A stretch of DNA of 64,000 bases, taken from assembly GCA_963666285.1 (NCBI GenBank), contig OY762711.1; one strand, 5' to 3'. The notes under the pieces were generated by a model. It did no database searches. It was not told where the DNA came from and saw nothing but the letters and a program-made list of their open reading frames with translations. How positions within the stretch are numbered: the first letter of the stretch is position 1; every line of letters starts with the position of its first letter. Shown in pieces: positions 10,246 through 20,029 of the stretch. Both the position numbers and the translations under genes were made by a program. This DNA is from Sedimentisphaerales bacterium (GTDB lineage Bacteria; Planctomycetota; Phycisphaerae; Sedimentisphaerales; SM23-30).

Positions 10246-11097
10246 GTGGAATTAAGTCTTAAAGATAGAATAAAGCATATGGAAGACCCCAAACAGGCCA
10301 TGGATGAATTGGCTTCCATATTCGAAGCTTACAATGAAGTAACCGAGCGGATGAGTGTCTCTCATCAGCAGTTAAAAGATGAAGTCGCCAGGCTGCGAGC
10401 CGAGTTACGTGAAAAAAATGAGCTTCTGGAACGAAAAAGCCGCCTGGCGGCACTTGGCGAAATGGCGGCCGGTATGGCGCATGAGATCAGGAATCCTTTA
10501 GGGGGTGTACAGTTGTATGCTTCGCTTTTGGCAAAAGATGTCGAAGACAGGCCGGAATGTCTAAACTGGGTCAGGAAGATCAGTAATGCTGTTATTGGTA
10601 TGAACCAGATAGTGACTGATATGCTTACATTTACCCAGAATCAGAATTGCGAAAAAACCGAACTTAATTTGACCGGTATGGTAGTCGAGGTAGTCGATCT
10701 GGCAGCGCCTCAGGCAAATCAAAAAAGTGTTCGTATTGTAATAGACTGTGATAGAGATATAGTAGTAAATGCAGATTTGAACATGCTGCACAGGATTTTA
10801 TTGAACTTAATATTAAATGCCGTTGGTGCAGTAGAAGATAATGGCGTTGTTATTATAAAAGGCAGAAGAGTAAGTACGGATAAATACACTGTTCGGATAG
10901 ATGTCATAGATAATGGAAGTGGAATTCCTGTTGAAGTTATTAATAAAATATTTAATCCATTTTTTACGACGCGAGATACCGGTACCGGTTTAGGGCTTGC
11001 GATTGTTCACAGGCTGGTTGAATGTCACGACGGTATAATTACCGCGTCAAATAATAATGATCAGGATGGTGCGATATTCACAGTTTTGCTTCCATAA
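10246..11097 (+). CDS. Cytoplasmic histidine kinase, FleS/FlrB-like
   Basis: Coiled coil, then LAALGEMAAGMAHEIRNPL (H-box), NLILNA, DNGSGI, FNPFFTT, GTGLGL. Confidence 0.9.
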   Translation: MELSLKDRIKHMEDPKQAMDELASIFEAYNEVTERMSVSHQQLKDEVARLRAELREKNELLERKSRLAALGEMAAGMAHEIRNPLGGVQLYASLLAKDVEDRPECLNWVRKISNAVIGMNQIVTDMLTFTQNQNCEKTELNLTGMVVEVVDLAAPQANQKSVRIVIDCDRDIVVNADLNMLHRILLNLILNAVGAVEDNGVVIIKGRRVSTDKYTVRIDVIDNGSGIPVEVINKIFNPFFTTRDTGTGLGLAIVHRLVECHDGIITASNNNDQDGAIFTVLLP

Positions 11098-11249
11098 AGA
11101 AAAGAAGGCAAGATATCAGCTGAATTTTTATAATTATTTATTTAGTTGGTACTTATGGGCTTGCATAAATATAAGGTATTGTATATTATAAGACGAATAA
11201 ACTAGAACATGTTCCGTTGGAGACGGTAAAAGCTAACAAGGAAGGTTTT

Positions 11250-12632
11250 ATGGCTGACATTCTGGTTGTAGATGACATGGAAATGATGCGTGATTCGCTT
11301 GAAGCGATCCTGGTGCGGGCTGGGCATAGAGTAGCCACCTGTGAGGATGCTGTAATTGCGCTTGACAGACTCAAAAGCACTTCTTTCGATTTGGTTGTCA
11401 CCGACCTTAAAATGCCAAAGATGGATGGCATTGCTTTTATGGATAGAATAAGATCCATGAATTCTGATGTGCCGGTGATAATGATGACAGCCCATGCGAC
11501 GATATCGACTGCAGTTGAAGCTATGCGCAAAGGTGCACTGGATTATATTCAAAAACCTTTTGATGCCGATGAAATTACGCTGCTGATTGACAGATCCCTG
11601 GAACATCGTCGTATTATGCGGGAAAATGAAGCATATAAAACCAGTGCCAGGGACTGGCAAAAAGGCAGACAACTGATCAGCGGCGGTTCTGCCATGCAGT
11701 CGGTCATGAAAAAAGTCAGCCAGGTAGCCCCGGTAAGTGCAACAGTACTTATTCGCGGTGAGTGTGGTACCGGTAAAGAAATGATTGCCAGGGCTATTCA
11801 CGCTCAAAGTCCTCGTGCAAATAAACCAATGCTTTGTGTAAACTGTGCGGCATTAAGCAGTTCTTTGCTTGAAAGTGAACTTTTCGGGCATGAAAAAGGA
11901 GCTTTTACCGGTGCTGATTCTGTACGCAAAGGTCGTTTTGAGTTAGCTGATGGCGGAACTCTTCTGCTTGATGAGATCAGTGAAATGGATCTTCAGTTAC
12001 AGTCTAAACTTTTAAGAGTATTGCAGGAACGTGAGTTTGAACGTGTTGGTTCCAGTATAACTCGCCAGGTAGATGTAAGGATACTTGCTACTACCAATAG
12101 AAATCTTGAAGATTGGGTTTCCGAAGGTAAATTCCGTGAGGATCTGTTCTATCGTCTCAATGTTGTCCCAATTAATTTGCCGCCGCTTAGAGAGCGTGGA
12201 AGAGACGATATTGAGCAGCTTTGCCATTATTTTCTCTCAAGAATTTCTGAACGTGAGGGTTGTTCTCCATTAGAAGTTGAATCCGGTGCAATTGAATTAC
12301 TTGCGACCTACAGTTGGCCCGGTAATGTCAGGGAATTGGAAAACCTCATGGAACGTGTATCAATTCTGAGTGATCAGAATGTAATAACTCCGGAGCTGGT
12401 AAGAAACTGGCTGGATACCGGTAGTGATTCAATGAGTTCCTCGAGTAAGTCCTTTGTCGAAATTCACGAAGTCAAACCGCTTGCTGAATTGGAAAGGGAA
12501 GTGATCGAGCATACCTTGGATCAGTTTGACGGCCATCGTCAGAAAACAGCTAAAGCACTTGGCATAGGTGTCAGGACTCTTGGTCTGAAACTGAAAAAGT
12601 GGTCGGATGAAGGAGTGCCGGTTGGGCAATAA
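11250..12632 (+). CDS. Sigma54-dependent response regulator, FleR/FlrC-like
   Basis: REC domain (VVDD, DLKMP), AAA+ with GECGTGKE and GAFTGA, C-terminal Fis HTH. Confidence 0.93.
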   Translation: MADILVVDDMEMMRDSLEAILVRAGHRVATCEDAVIALDRLKSTSFDLVVTDLKMPKMDGIAFMDRIRSMNSDVPVIMMTAHATISTAVEAMRKGALDYIQKPFDADEITLLIDRSLEHRRIMRENEAYKTSARDWQKGRQLISGGSAMQSVMKKVSQVAPVSATVLIRGECGTGKEMIARAIHAQSPRANKPMLCVNCAALSSSLLESELFGHEKGAFTGADSVRKGRFELADGGTLLLDEISEMDLQLQSKLLRVLQEREFERVGSSITRQVDVRILATTNRNLEDWVSEGKFREDLFYRLNVVPINLPPLRERGRDDIEQLCHYFLSRISEREGCSPLEVESGAIELLATYSWPGNVRELENLMERVSILSDQNVITPELVRNWLDTGSDSMSSSSKSFVEIHEVKPLAELEREVIEHTLDQFDGHRQKTAKALGIGVRTLGLKLKKWSDEGVPVGQ

Positions 12633-12658
12633 TTGCCGGTATAGCGCAAAAATTGCCG
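12625..12658. promoter_or_regulatory. Putative enhancer (UAS) pair for the sigma54 activator
   Basis: Palindrome GGCAATAATTGCC (12625-37) and related CGCAAAAATTGCCG (12645-58), 20 bp apart and about 105-135 bp upstream of the -24 element. Confidence 0.55.
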
Positions 12659-12761
12659 AATATGCGGTAGTTGAATCTTGAGTTTGTAAGAAATAACAAA
12701 AAATAATTCCGTAATTTAGAGAAAATTACAAAAATAATTGATCTGTGTTAAAACAGTTAAT

Positions 12762-12777
12762 TGGCATAATTTTTGCA
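12762..12777 (+). promoter_or_regulatory. Sigma54 -24/-12 promoter upstream of flgB
   Basis: TGGCATAATTTTTGCA: GG-N10-GC with TGGCA and TTGC. Confidence 0.85.
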
Positions 12778-12832
12778 TGTAAATATTTGGATAAAAAGTT
12801 TTTAGAAAAAATAACGACAGGAATAAACAATA

Positions 12833-13270
12833 ATGTTGTTTGAAAACATAGTAAATCGAGGAAATATGCCGGTGTTGCAGCAGGTAATGGCGTTCAGTGA
12901 AGAACGTCATAAAGTGCTTGCTGATAATATCAGTAATATTGATACGATTGACTATCAAATGAAGGATCTGGATACAGAAGCCTTCATTTCCAGTCTCTCC
13001 GATGCAATTGAACATCGTGCCAGTCGAGGTGCCGGTGCTCCGCTGGAAATCAAGTCCAGTCGTTATATTGAATGGGATAGGAACGGGCGGATAAATACAA
13101 CCGCAGTTAATTCCGAACCGGAAAATATACTTTTTCACGATAAGAATAACCGTTCTGTCGAAAAACAGATGTCAGAATTAGCCAAGAATGGCTTGATGTA
13201 TAATACTGCTGCTGAATTGTTAAAGGGTCAGTATGACAAGCTGACTATGGCTATTCGGGGCACAATGTAA
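12833..13270 (+). CDS. flgB: Flagellar basal-body rod protein FlgB
   Basis: RHKVLADNISNIDT...DKNNRSVEKQMSELAKN; first gene of the flgBC-fliE block. Confidence 0.92.
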   Translation: MLFENIVNRGNMPVLQQVMAFSEERHKVLADNISNIDTIDYQMKDLDTEAFISSLSDAIEHRASRGAGAPLEIKSSRYIEWDRNGRINTTAVNSEPENILFHDKNNRSVEKQMSELAKNGLMYNTAAELLKGQYDKLTMAIRGTM

Positions 13271-13314
13271 AAAGTGAACAGTTAGTATAAATCATTATAT
13301 AAGAATAAGATAAA

Positions 13315-13710
13315 ATGTTTAGTAGTTTAGATATTTCAACTTCAGGTCTTGTTGCTCAGCGTATCAGGATGAATACCTGTGCAAACAACCTGGCAAATAT
13401 GGACTCAGTTACCAGCCCAGAAGGTGGGCCGTATAAACGAAGGAGCGTAGTATTTGAAGCTGGTATGGGTCCTCGCAGCGACGGACCAGGTGTTCATGTG
13501 GCGGAAATTGAAAAACAGAATACTTTCCGCTATGAATATGATCCAGCCAATCCTTACGCAGATGCGCAAGGGTATGTTAAATTGCCAGGTATTTCTCCTA
13601 TGGTTGAAACAATAAATATGATGGAAGCTCAAAGAGCCTATGAGGCAAATATTACTGCTGTGGAGGTCAGCAAATCAATGCTTAACAGTGCTTTAAGGCT
13701 TCTGGCGTAG
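13315..13710 (+). CDS. flgC: Flagellar basal-body rod protein FlgC
   Basis: SGLVAQRIRMN...NNLAN...GPYKRR...YDPANPYAD..GYV...MMEAQRAYEAN. Confidence 0.96.
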   Translation: MFSSLDISTSGLVAQRIRMNTCANNLANMDSVTSPEGGPYKRRSVVFEAGMGPRSDGPGVHVAEIEKQNTFRYEYDPANPYADAQGYVKLPGISPMVETINMMEAQRAYEANITAVEVSKSMLNSALRLLA

Positions 13711-13727
13711 AATAAGGAATAAAGGCT

Positions 13728-14045
13728 ATGGTTGATAGACTTTACAATGGACTTCAGGCCGGACAGTTGATCGGTATTAACCAGCAGAAAAAAGCTGCCG
13801 GTAATAACCAGGCTGAAGGGACTGGCGATAGTTTCAAAAACCTGTTGATGAATAGTATTAACGAAGTTAACAGGATGCAGAGCGAAGCCGAGCAGGCGAC
13901 TAATGATCTGTTTACCGGTAAAACCGATAACCAGGCAGAGGTTTTTAATGCAGTAAAGAAGGCTGATGTGGCTTTTAAAGCTTTGATGCAGATTCGTAAT
14001 GAGCTGATGGATGCTTATGACGAAGTTAAACAAATGAGAGTGTAA
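13728..14045 (+). CDS. fliE: Flagellar hook-basal body protein FliE
   Basis: SFKNLL..SINEVN..Q...QIRNELMDAYDEVKQMRV. Confidence 0.93.
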   Translation: MVDRLYNGLQAGQLIGINQQKKAAGNNQAEGTGDSFKNLLMNSINEVNRMQSEAEQATNDLFTGKTDNQAEVFNAVKKADVAFKALMQIRNELMDAYDEVKQMRV

Positions 14046-14229
14046 AAAAGTAAAATAATTTGGAAAAAAGATATTCGTACTGTTCTATGGCAGTGATAAG
14101 ATTTATTGTCACTAGTTGTGTGGGCAATTCGGTTTTAAATACACGGAGTGTATTTGATAATATATTTTTTCGCTTATTTATTCTGTAGTATGGAATAATG
14201 AAAAAAACTCCAAGACAGGAAGTTGACAA

Positions 14230-15951
14230 ATGAGTTTTTTCAACAGAGTAATTGCAATAATTAAACAGCGGTTAGAGGCACTTAACCTGACAGAACGCCT
14301 TTTAATCATGATGTGCATAGCATTTGTGATTATAAGTTCTATCTGGCTGGGAAGTTATACATCCAATAAGGAAATGGTTCCGCTGCTTGATCAGTCTATC
14401 TCAGAAGACCAGGTTCGACTGATAGTTAACAAGCTTAATTTCTGGAATATGGAAGATGAATATGAGTTGAACGGTAACCAGATTATGGTGCCCAAGACTC
14501 AGCGATGGAAAATCTTCTATAAGTTGTCAGAAGCAGAAGCGATTCCATTAGACATTTCTGTCGGCTTTGAAAAGCTTCTGGAAGATGACAATGTTTTCAC
14601 CTCTGATGCTTCGCGCAAAGATAAAATCCTGGTAATTAAACAAATGGAAATGGCCAGAGTTATTGAGCAGTGGCAGGGGATTGATAAGGCCACCGTTATA
14701 ATTAATCCGGGTAATGAACGCCGGCTGATCAATATAACACCGGCTTCCAGTGCAGCAGTTGCAATTGAGACAGACGGAAGATTGGAAAGCCCTAAAAAGA
14801 CTGCCAAGGCTATTGCTCACTTTGTAGCCGGAGCTGTTAACCGCCTGCAAAAAGATCAGGTTAGTGTCATAATTGACGGGATGAATATTTCAGTAGCTCC
14901 GGGAGTCGGGCAGTTTGATTCGGATGTTTTTGAGGCACAGGCAAAGCTTGAAAAGCATTACTATACAAAGGTTTATGATGTTGTAAAACGTATTTCCCCT
15001 CAAGCTATTGTCCAGGTAGATCTAAAGCTGGATCGTTCTCGAAAGACTGAAGAGACCAGTAAAGTTTTAGATGAAGGTGAAGGTACATACATCTATAACA
15101 AAAATAAAAAGACCGTTGAAGATAATTCGACAGAGTCAGAACAGAACAAAGAGCCAGGTCTTGTGGCAAATGCTTCTACCGCCGGAAGTGCTGCCGGTAA
15201 TTCCAGCAAAACCAGTTCTGAGTTAAGTGATGTTGAACAGGAAGCTATTCCCGGCCATCAGAAAACAACAGTTGAGACACCGGGTGGCGATATTCCACTG
15301 GAAAGTCGTACAGCATTAGTTATGCTGCCTCGCAGCTATTTTGAAAGCGTTGCTAAAGCAAGTCTTGGTCTTGAAACAGTAACAGTACAGCAGGTAAATG
15401 ATTTCGCTACTAATGAGATTGATCGTGTTAAGCAGATGATTTTGCCGGCTCTAGGGCTGACAGATCCGGTAAAATATGCAAATAATGTTACAGTTGATTA
15501 TTTTTGGGGTGAGGAAGTAACTTCAGCCCTTGCCTCTGGCGGCGGTGATGCAGCGGCAGCTGCCGGAGTATTAGGTGGAGATCAGCAGGCGGCAGCTTTT
15601 ACTGTTGCCGGAATACTTAACCAGTATGGTAAGCATATAGCAGTGTCAGTATTTGCATTTTTTGCGATTATTATGGCGCTAATGATGGTTCGCAAGGCTG
15701 TTGGTCCGCCTGAAATAGTGATTGAAGAGGAAGAACCGGAAGAAATGGTTGGTAGAGATCCTCTTGATGCATTCGGTCTAGAAGATGCCAATCTTGATGA
15801 TGAAGATGGTAAAGGCCTGCTTAATGGTATGGAACTTGGTGAAGAAGCCGTTCGCAGTCAACAGATTCTTGAGCAGCTTAGAGGTATGGTTAAGGAAGAG
15901 CCTGACCAGGTTGCCAATCTGCTGGGTAAATGGATCCGATCAGGCATATAA
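14230..15951 (+). CDS. fliF: Flagellar M-ring protein FliF
   Basis: Two TM segments, a ring-building region, C-terminal 'EEPDQVANLLGKWI'; lies between fliE and fliG. Confidence 0.88.
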   Translation: MSFFNRVIAIIKQRLEALNLTERLLIMMCIAFVIISSIWLGSYTSNKEMVPLLDQSISEDQVRLIVNKLNFWNMEDEYELNGNQIMVPKTQRWKIFYKLSEAEAIPLDISVGFEKLLEDDNVFTSDASRKDKILVIKQMEMARVIEQWQGIDKATVIINPGNERRLINITPASSAAVAIETDGRLESPKKTAKAIAHFVAGAVNRLQKDQVSVIIDGMNISVAPGVGQFDSDVFEAQAKLEKHYYTKVYDVVKRISPQAIVQVDLKLDRSRKTEETSKVLDEGEGTYIYNKNKKTVEDNSTESEQNKEPGLVANASTAGSAAGNSSKTSSELSDVEQEAIPGHQKTTVETPGGDIPLESRTALVMLPRSYFESVAKASLGLETVTVQQVNDFATNEIDRVKQMILPALGLTDPVKYANNVTVDYFWGEEVTSALASGGGDAAAAAGVLGGDQQAAAFTVAGILNQYGKHIAVSVFAFFAIIMALMMVRKAVGPPEIVIEEEEPEEMVGRDPLDAFGLEDANLDDEDGKGLLNGMELGEEAVRSQQILEQLRGMVKEEPDQVANLLGKWIRSGI

Positions 15952-15987
15952 TTTAATTAAAACAGAAACAATATTGATATAAAACAA

Positions 15988-17016
15988 ATGGCTAAAGAAA
16001 CTATAGACAACGTATCAAGCATGTCAGGTATTAAAAAGGCTGCAATCCTTCTTTTATCAATGGGAAAGGATGTGGCTTCTGAGGTACTTGGCCGTTTAGG
16101 TATGAACGAGATCGAAGAAGTGTCTCGTGAATTAGCCGAGCTTGACGGTATTAAGTCTGAAGAACAGACTATTGTACTTGAAGAGTTCTATAATCTGGCA
16201 ATGGCACAGTCATATATTGAGCAGGGCGGTTTGGCTTATGCCCAGGCATTGCTAGAACAGTCACTTCCCCCTGATATGGCTCATGATATTGTCAAGCAGG
16301 TAACTCAGACAATTCAGCAGACTCCGTTCCAGTTTCTTGCCAAAACAGAAGCAGAAAATATTCTTACTTTTATTCAGGATGAACATCCGCAGACAATCGC
16401 CTTGATTTTGTCACACCTGGCACCGCAGAAATCTGCCGAGATTATGGCCGGGCTTGCCCAGCAGAAACAGGCGGAAGTGGTAAAGAGAATATCGGCAATG
16501 GATCAGACCAACCCGGAAGTTATCCGGGAAGTTGAAGCCGGTCTGGAAAAACGTCTTGCTTCTGTTGTATCTCAGACATTTGAAAAGGCAGGTGGTGTAG
16601 AAGCTGCCGCATCAATTCTTAACCTGGCTGACCGATCAACCGAAAAAGGCATACTTGAAACGCTTGAAACAGAAGATCCTGATCTGGTAGAGCAGATTCG
16701 AAGGCTAATGTTTGTTTTCGAGGATGTTTTACTGGTCAACGACAAGGGTATCCAGGCAGTTCTCAAGGAAGTGGAAAACGACGATCTGGCACTTGCTCTC
16801 AAGACAGCCAGCGAAGAGTTACAGAACAAGATTCTTGGAAATATGTCAGAACGAGCTGCAAATCTGGTTCGCGAGGATATGGAGTTTATGGGGCCGGTGC
16901 GGCTTAGCGATGTAGAAGCTGCCCAGCAGAAGATAGTAGATATCGTAAGGCGGCTTGAAGATGCAGGAGAGCTCTTTGTTCAGGGTCGTGGTGGTGAATC
17001 TGAAATAGTTGGTTAA
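15988..17016 (+). CDS. fliG: Flagellar motor switch protein FliG
   Basis: KAAILLLSMG, EHPQTIALIL, MFVFED, GPVRLSDVEAAQ. Confidence 0.98.
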   Translation: MAKETIDNVSSMSGIKKAAILLLSMGKDVASEVLGRLGMNEIEEVSRELAELDGIKSEEQTIVLEEFYNLAMAQSYIEQGGLAYAQALLEQSLPPDMAHDIVKQVTQTIQQTPFQFLAKTEAENILTFIQDEHPQTIALILSHLAPQKSAEIMAGLAQQKQAEVVKRISAMDQTNPEVIREVEAGLEKRLASVVSQTFEKAGGVEAAASILNLADRSTEKGILETLETEDPDLVEQIRRLMFVFEDVLLVNDKGIQAVLKEVENDDLALALKTASEELQNKILGNMSERAANLVREDMEFMGPVRLSDVEAAQQKIVDIVRRLEDAGELFVQGRGGESEIVG

Positions 17017-17040
17017 CTTATTTATTAGTGGAAGCTTATT

Positions 17041-18147
17041 ATGGCGTTAGTTAAGGCCAGAGACATAAAAGAAGATAGCGGCAGTATTGTCTTTAATTTT
17101 AAAGATGTGGCTGCCGAAGCGCAGGCAATGCTTGACGCAGCACGAGCTGAAGCTAAAAGGATTGTTGACAAAGCAAGGGCGGAAACCATTGAGCGGCGTG
17201 AAGAAGTTTATGCTGATGCCGAAAGAAAGGGTTTTGAACAAGGGAAAAAGAAAGGTTATGCCGATGCTTTTGAACCTGCACGAAAGGAAGGCTATGATAA
17301 AGGCTATGCGGAAGCTTTTGACAATGTGAAAAAACGATTTGAAAATCATATGCATGAACCGCTCAATGATATTAAAAGAGTATTAGATTATTTTGACAAA
17401 AATAAAAAACAGTTATTGTGGGAAGCCGAACAGTCTTTTGTGATACTGGCAGTCAAACTTGCTGAAAAAGTAATACAAAGAAATATAGAAATAAATCCTG
17501 AAATGGTAAAGGATACTGTAGCGTCTGCTCTCGAAACTGTTAATCAGACAACAAATGTTGTTATAAGGGTTAGTCCTGAAGATATATCAATTATTGAAGA
17601 ACTAAAAGGGGAATTGGAGTATGTTCTGGGGAGATTCGACACTGTCAAATTTCATCCGGATATAAATATAAGAAGGGGAGGCTGTATTGTTCTTACAGAG
17701 CGAGGAAAGGTTGACGCCCGTATTGAAGTTCAAATTGAAAGGATTGCCCGTGACATTTTAGAGTCCGATTCTGATCTGGATTGTGGCGATGAAGATATCC
17801 AGCAAAGGATTGAACAGGTTGTATTATCTGAGAATATTACCAATGATTCAAGCCAGGAAGGCCCAGATATCTCTGATATTGATAATGTAATTGGTAATAA
17901 TAATGGTACACAGCAATCGGAAAGTATTGCGGATGTAGAGCATGTTGTTACAGAAGAAGATGTATTAGAAAATGAAGACCAGGAGGTTCCTCATCTGGAA
18001 GAATCGCAAAACTCTCAGGTTGAAGAAATAGATAATGCAGCTGATTCTGTAGAAAGCGATGAGCCTCAACCTCAGTCCGGGAAAGATCAGGCGACCGAGT
18101 TGAGAAAGCAAATGGAAAATAACACTGATAGTGATAAACAGGAATAG
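17041..18147 (+). CDS. fliH: FliH with acidic C-terminal extension
   Basis: GxxxG repeats (GFEQGKKKGY, GYDKGY), RVSPED, RGGCIVLT; lies between fliG and fliI. Confidence 0.88.
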   Translation: MALVKARDIKEDSGSIVFNFKDVAAEAQAMLDAARAEAKRIVDKARAETIERREEVYADAERKGFEQGKKKGYADAFEPARKEGYDKGYAEAFDNVKKRFENHMHEPLNDIKRVLDYFDKNKKQLLWEAEQSFVILAVKLAEKVIQRNIEINPEMVKDTVASALETVNQTTNVVIRVSPEDISIIEELKGELEYVLGRFDTVKFHPDINIRRGGCIVLTERGKVDARIEVQIERIARDILESDSDLDCGDEDIQQRIEQVVLSENITNDSSQEGPDISDIDNVIGNNNGTQQSESIADVEHVVTEEDVLENEDQEVPHLEESQNSQVEEIDNAADSVESDEPQPQSGKDQATELRKQMENNTDSDKQE

Positions 18148-18160
18148 TAACAAAATTAGT

Positions 18161-19522
18161 ATGGTAACTTCAATTAGAGACAATTGGAAATTCAGGCTTG
18201 ATACTGCTGAAAAGATTATGCCATTTGAAATAACCGGCGTAGTTACAGGTATGACAGGTCTGACGATTGAGGTAAATGATTTTGCAGCACCTATTGGGGC
18301 TGCATGCCTTATCCATACTAAAACCGCTGGAGACCTCGAGGCAGAAGTTATAGGTTTTCGCGGCGAAGTCGCGGTTTTAATGCCGCTTGGTGAAATGGCC
18401 GGCATCGCAGGTGGTGATAAAGTTACTTGTATTTCTGCCAGAAGAACAATACCTCTGGGTGATAATTTGCTTGGCAGAGTTATTGATGCTTCGGGCCGCC
18501 CACTTGATGGTAAAGGTCCACTATTATGCCAGGTTAATGCCAGTGTCGAAGCAGATCCTATCAGGCCGTTGGAAAGAAAACGCATAGACCGTCCTTTAGG
18601 TACGGGTGTTCGTGCGGTTGACGGTATTCTTACATGCGGAACCGGTCAGCGTATGGGTATTTTTAGTGGTCCCGGTGTTGGTAAGAGTGTATTACTAGGC
18701 ATGATTGCCCGATATACTTCGGCCGATGTCAATGTGATAGCCTTGATCGGTGAACGTGGCCGTGAAGTCAGGGAATTTCTCGAACGTGATCTTGGCGAAG
18801 CCGGTCTGGCACGTTCGGTTGTTATTGTTAGTACTTCAGATGAACCTGCCCCGGTTAGAGTTCGCAGTGGTTTTGCCGCTTGTACGGTTGCCGAGTATTT
18901 CCGTGACCAGGGCAAAGATGTCCTTATGCTTATGGATTCTTCAACTCGAATAGCTATGGCGCAGCGTCAGATCGGACTGGCAATGGCAGAGCCTCCGGCA
19001 ACCAAAGGATACACTCCAAGTGTTTTTTCGCTATTGCCAAGGTTGTTGGAACGTTGTGGAAAAGGTTCAGTTGGAAGTATCACAGGATTCTTTACTGTTT
19101 TAGTTGAAGGTGATGACCTGAGTGACCCGGTTGCTGATGCTATGAGAAGTATTCTTGATGGCCATTTATGGCTTAGTCGTGACCTGGCAAACAGGGGGCA
19201 TTATCCTGCTATAGATATCCTTGAAAGTGTAAGTCGTGTTATGACTGATATAGTCGATGCCGACCATATTGGTTCAGCGCGTTTTGTTACCAGGCTGGTT
19301 GCGATATATCGCGATATAGAGGATTTAGTAAATATTGGAGCGTATTCATCTGGTACAAATGCAGAATTTGATATGGCTGTGCAAATGAAAAAAGAGATAG
19401 ACTCTTTTCTGCAGCAAAATATAAACGCCAGGATCAGTTTTGATCAAGCGGTAGCTGATTTAACTCAATTGATAGCAAAAGTGCAGATTGCCGGCAAGGA
19501 ACAACAGAATATATCTGCATGA
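18161..19522 (+). CDS. fliI: Flagellar export ATPase FliI
   Basis: GQRMGIFSGPGVGKS, ALIGERGRE, GEPP-like AEPPATKGY, LDGH, YPAID. GTG at 18131 is an alternative start. Confidence 0.97.
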   Translation: MVTSIRDNWKFRLDTAEKIMPFEITGVVTGMTGLTIEVNDFAAPIGAACLIHTKTAGDLEAEVIGFRGEVAVLMPLGEMAGIAGGDKVTCISARRTIPLGDNLLGRVIDASGRPLDGKGPLLCQVNASVEADPIRPLERKRIDRPLGTGVRAVDGILTCGTGQRMGIFSGPGVGKSVLLGMIARYTSADVNVIALIGERGREVREFLERDLGEAGLARSVVIVSTSDEPAPVRVRSGFAACTVAEYFRDQGKDVLMLMDSSTRIAMAQRQIGLAMAEPPATKGYTPSVFSLLPRLLERCGKGSVGSITGFFTVLVEGDDLSDPVADAMRSILDGHLWLSRDLANRGHYPAIDILESVSRVMTDIVDADHIGSARFVTRLVAIYRDIEDLVNIGAYSSGTNAEFDMAVQMKKEIDSFLQQNINARISFDQAVADLTQLIAKVQIAGKEQQNISA

Positions 19523-19538
19523 TAGGTAGGTTTGGGTT

Positions 19539-20009
19539 ATGAAGAAATTTAAATTCAGACTTGAACCTGTATTGAGGATGAAAAAGCAGGCTGAAGACGA
19601 AAAAAAACGTATTGTTGGTGAGCTTCAGTCAAAAATTAATGCCCAGCAGCAGCAGGCTTTAGAGATTAATCGAACTATCCTGCAGCAGGGAGCGGAACTT
19701 AAGAAGATGTTTCAGCAGGGTAAGATTGATACCGGCTGGATTACGTATTATCAGGGTTTTGTAACTGATATGCGTCAGGAAATAGCAAGAAAAATCCAAA
19801 GTGTTGCTGAAACACAGAAAGAATTGCATCTGGCCAGAAACGCACTGGCTATGGCAGCTAAAGAAACAAAAACACTGGAAAAATTAAAAGACAAACAGTA
19901 TCAGAAATATAAAGAGCATTTGGAAAAATTAGAAAAAAAAGAACAGGATGAAATTGCCAATCAGGTTTTTTTACATAGGTATATGAGAGAACCGAAAGAA
20001 TTGGCATAA
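19539..20009 (+). CDS. fliJ: Flagellar export protein FliJ
   Basis: FKFRLEPVL...KTLEKLK...EQDE; follows fliI. Confidence 0.92.
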   Translation: MKKFKFRLEPVLRMKKQAEDEKKRIVGELQSKINAQQQQALEINRTILQQGAELKKMFQQGKIDTGWITYYQGFVTDMRQEIARKIQSVAETQKELHLARNALAMAAKETKTLEKLKDKQYQKYKEHLEKLEKKEQDEIANQVFLHRYMREPKELA

Positions 20010-20017
20010 TATTTGCT
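20002..20017 (+). promoter_or_regulatory. Second putative sigma54 promoter, overlapping the fliJ stop
   Basis: TGGCATAATATTTGCT, 14/16 identical to the flgB promoter, GG-N10-GC. Confidence 0.6.
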
Positions 20018-20029
20018 AAGCTTTGAACT

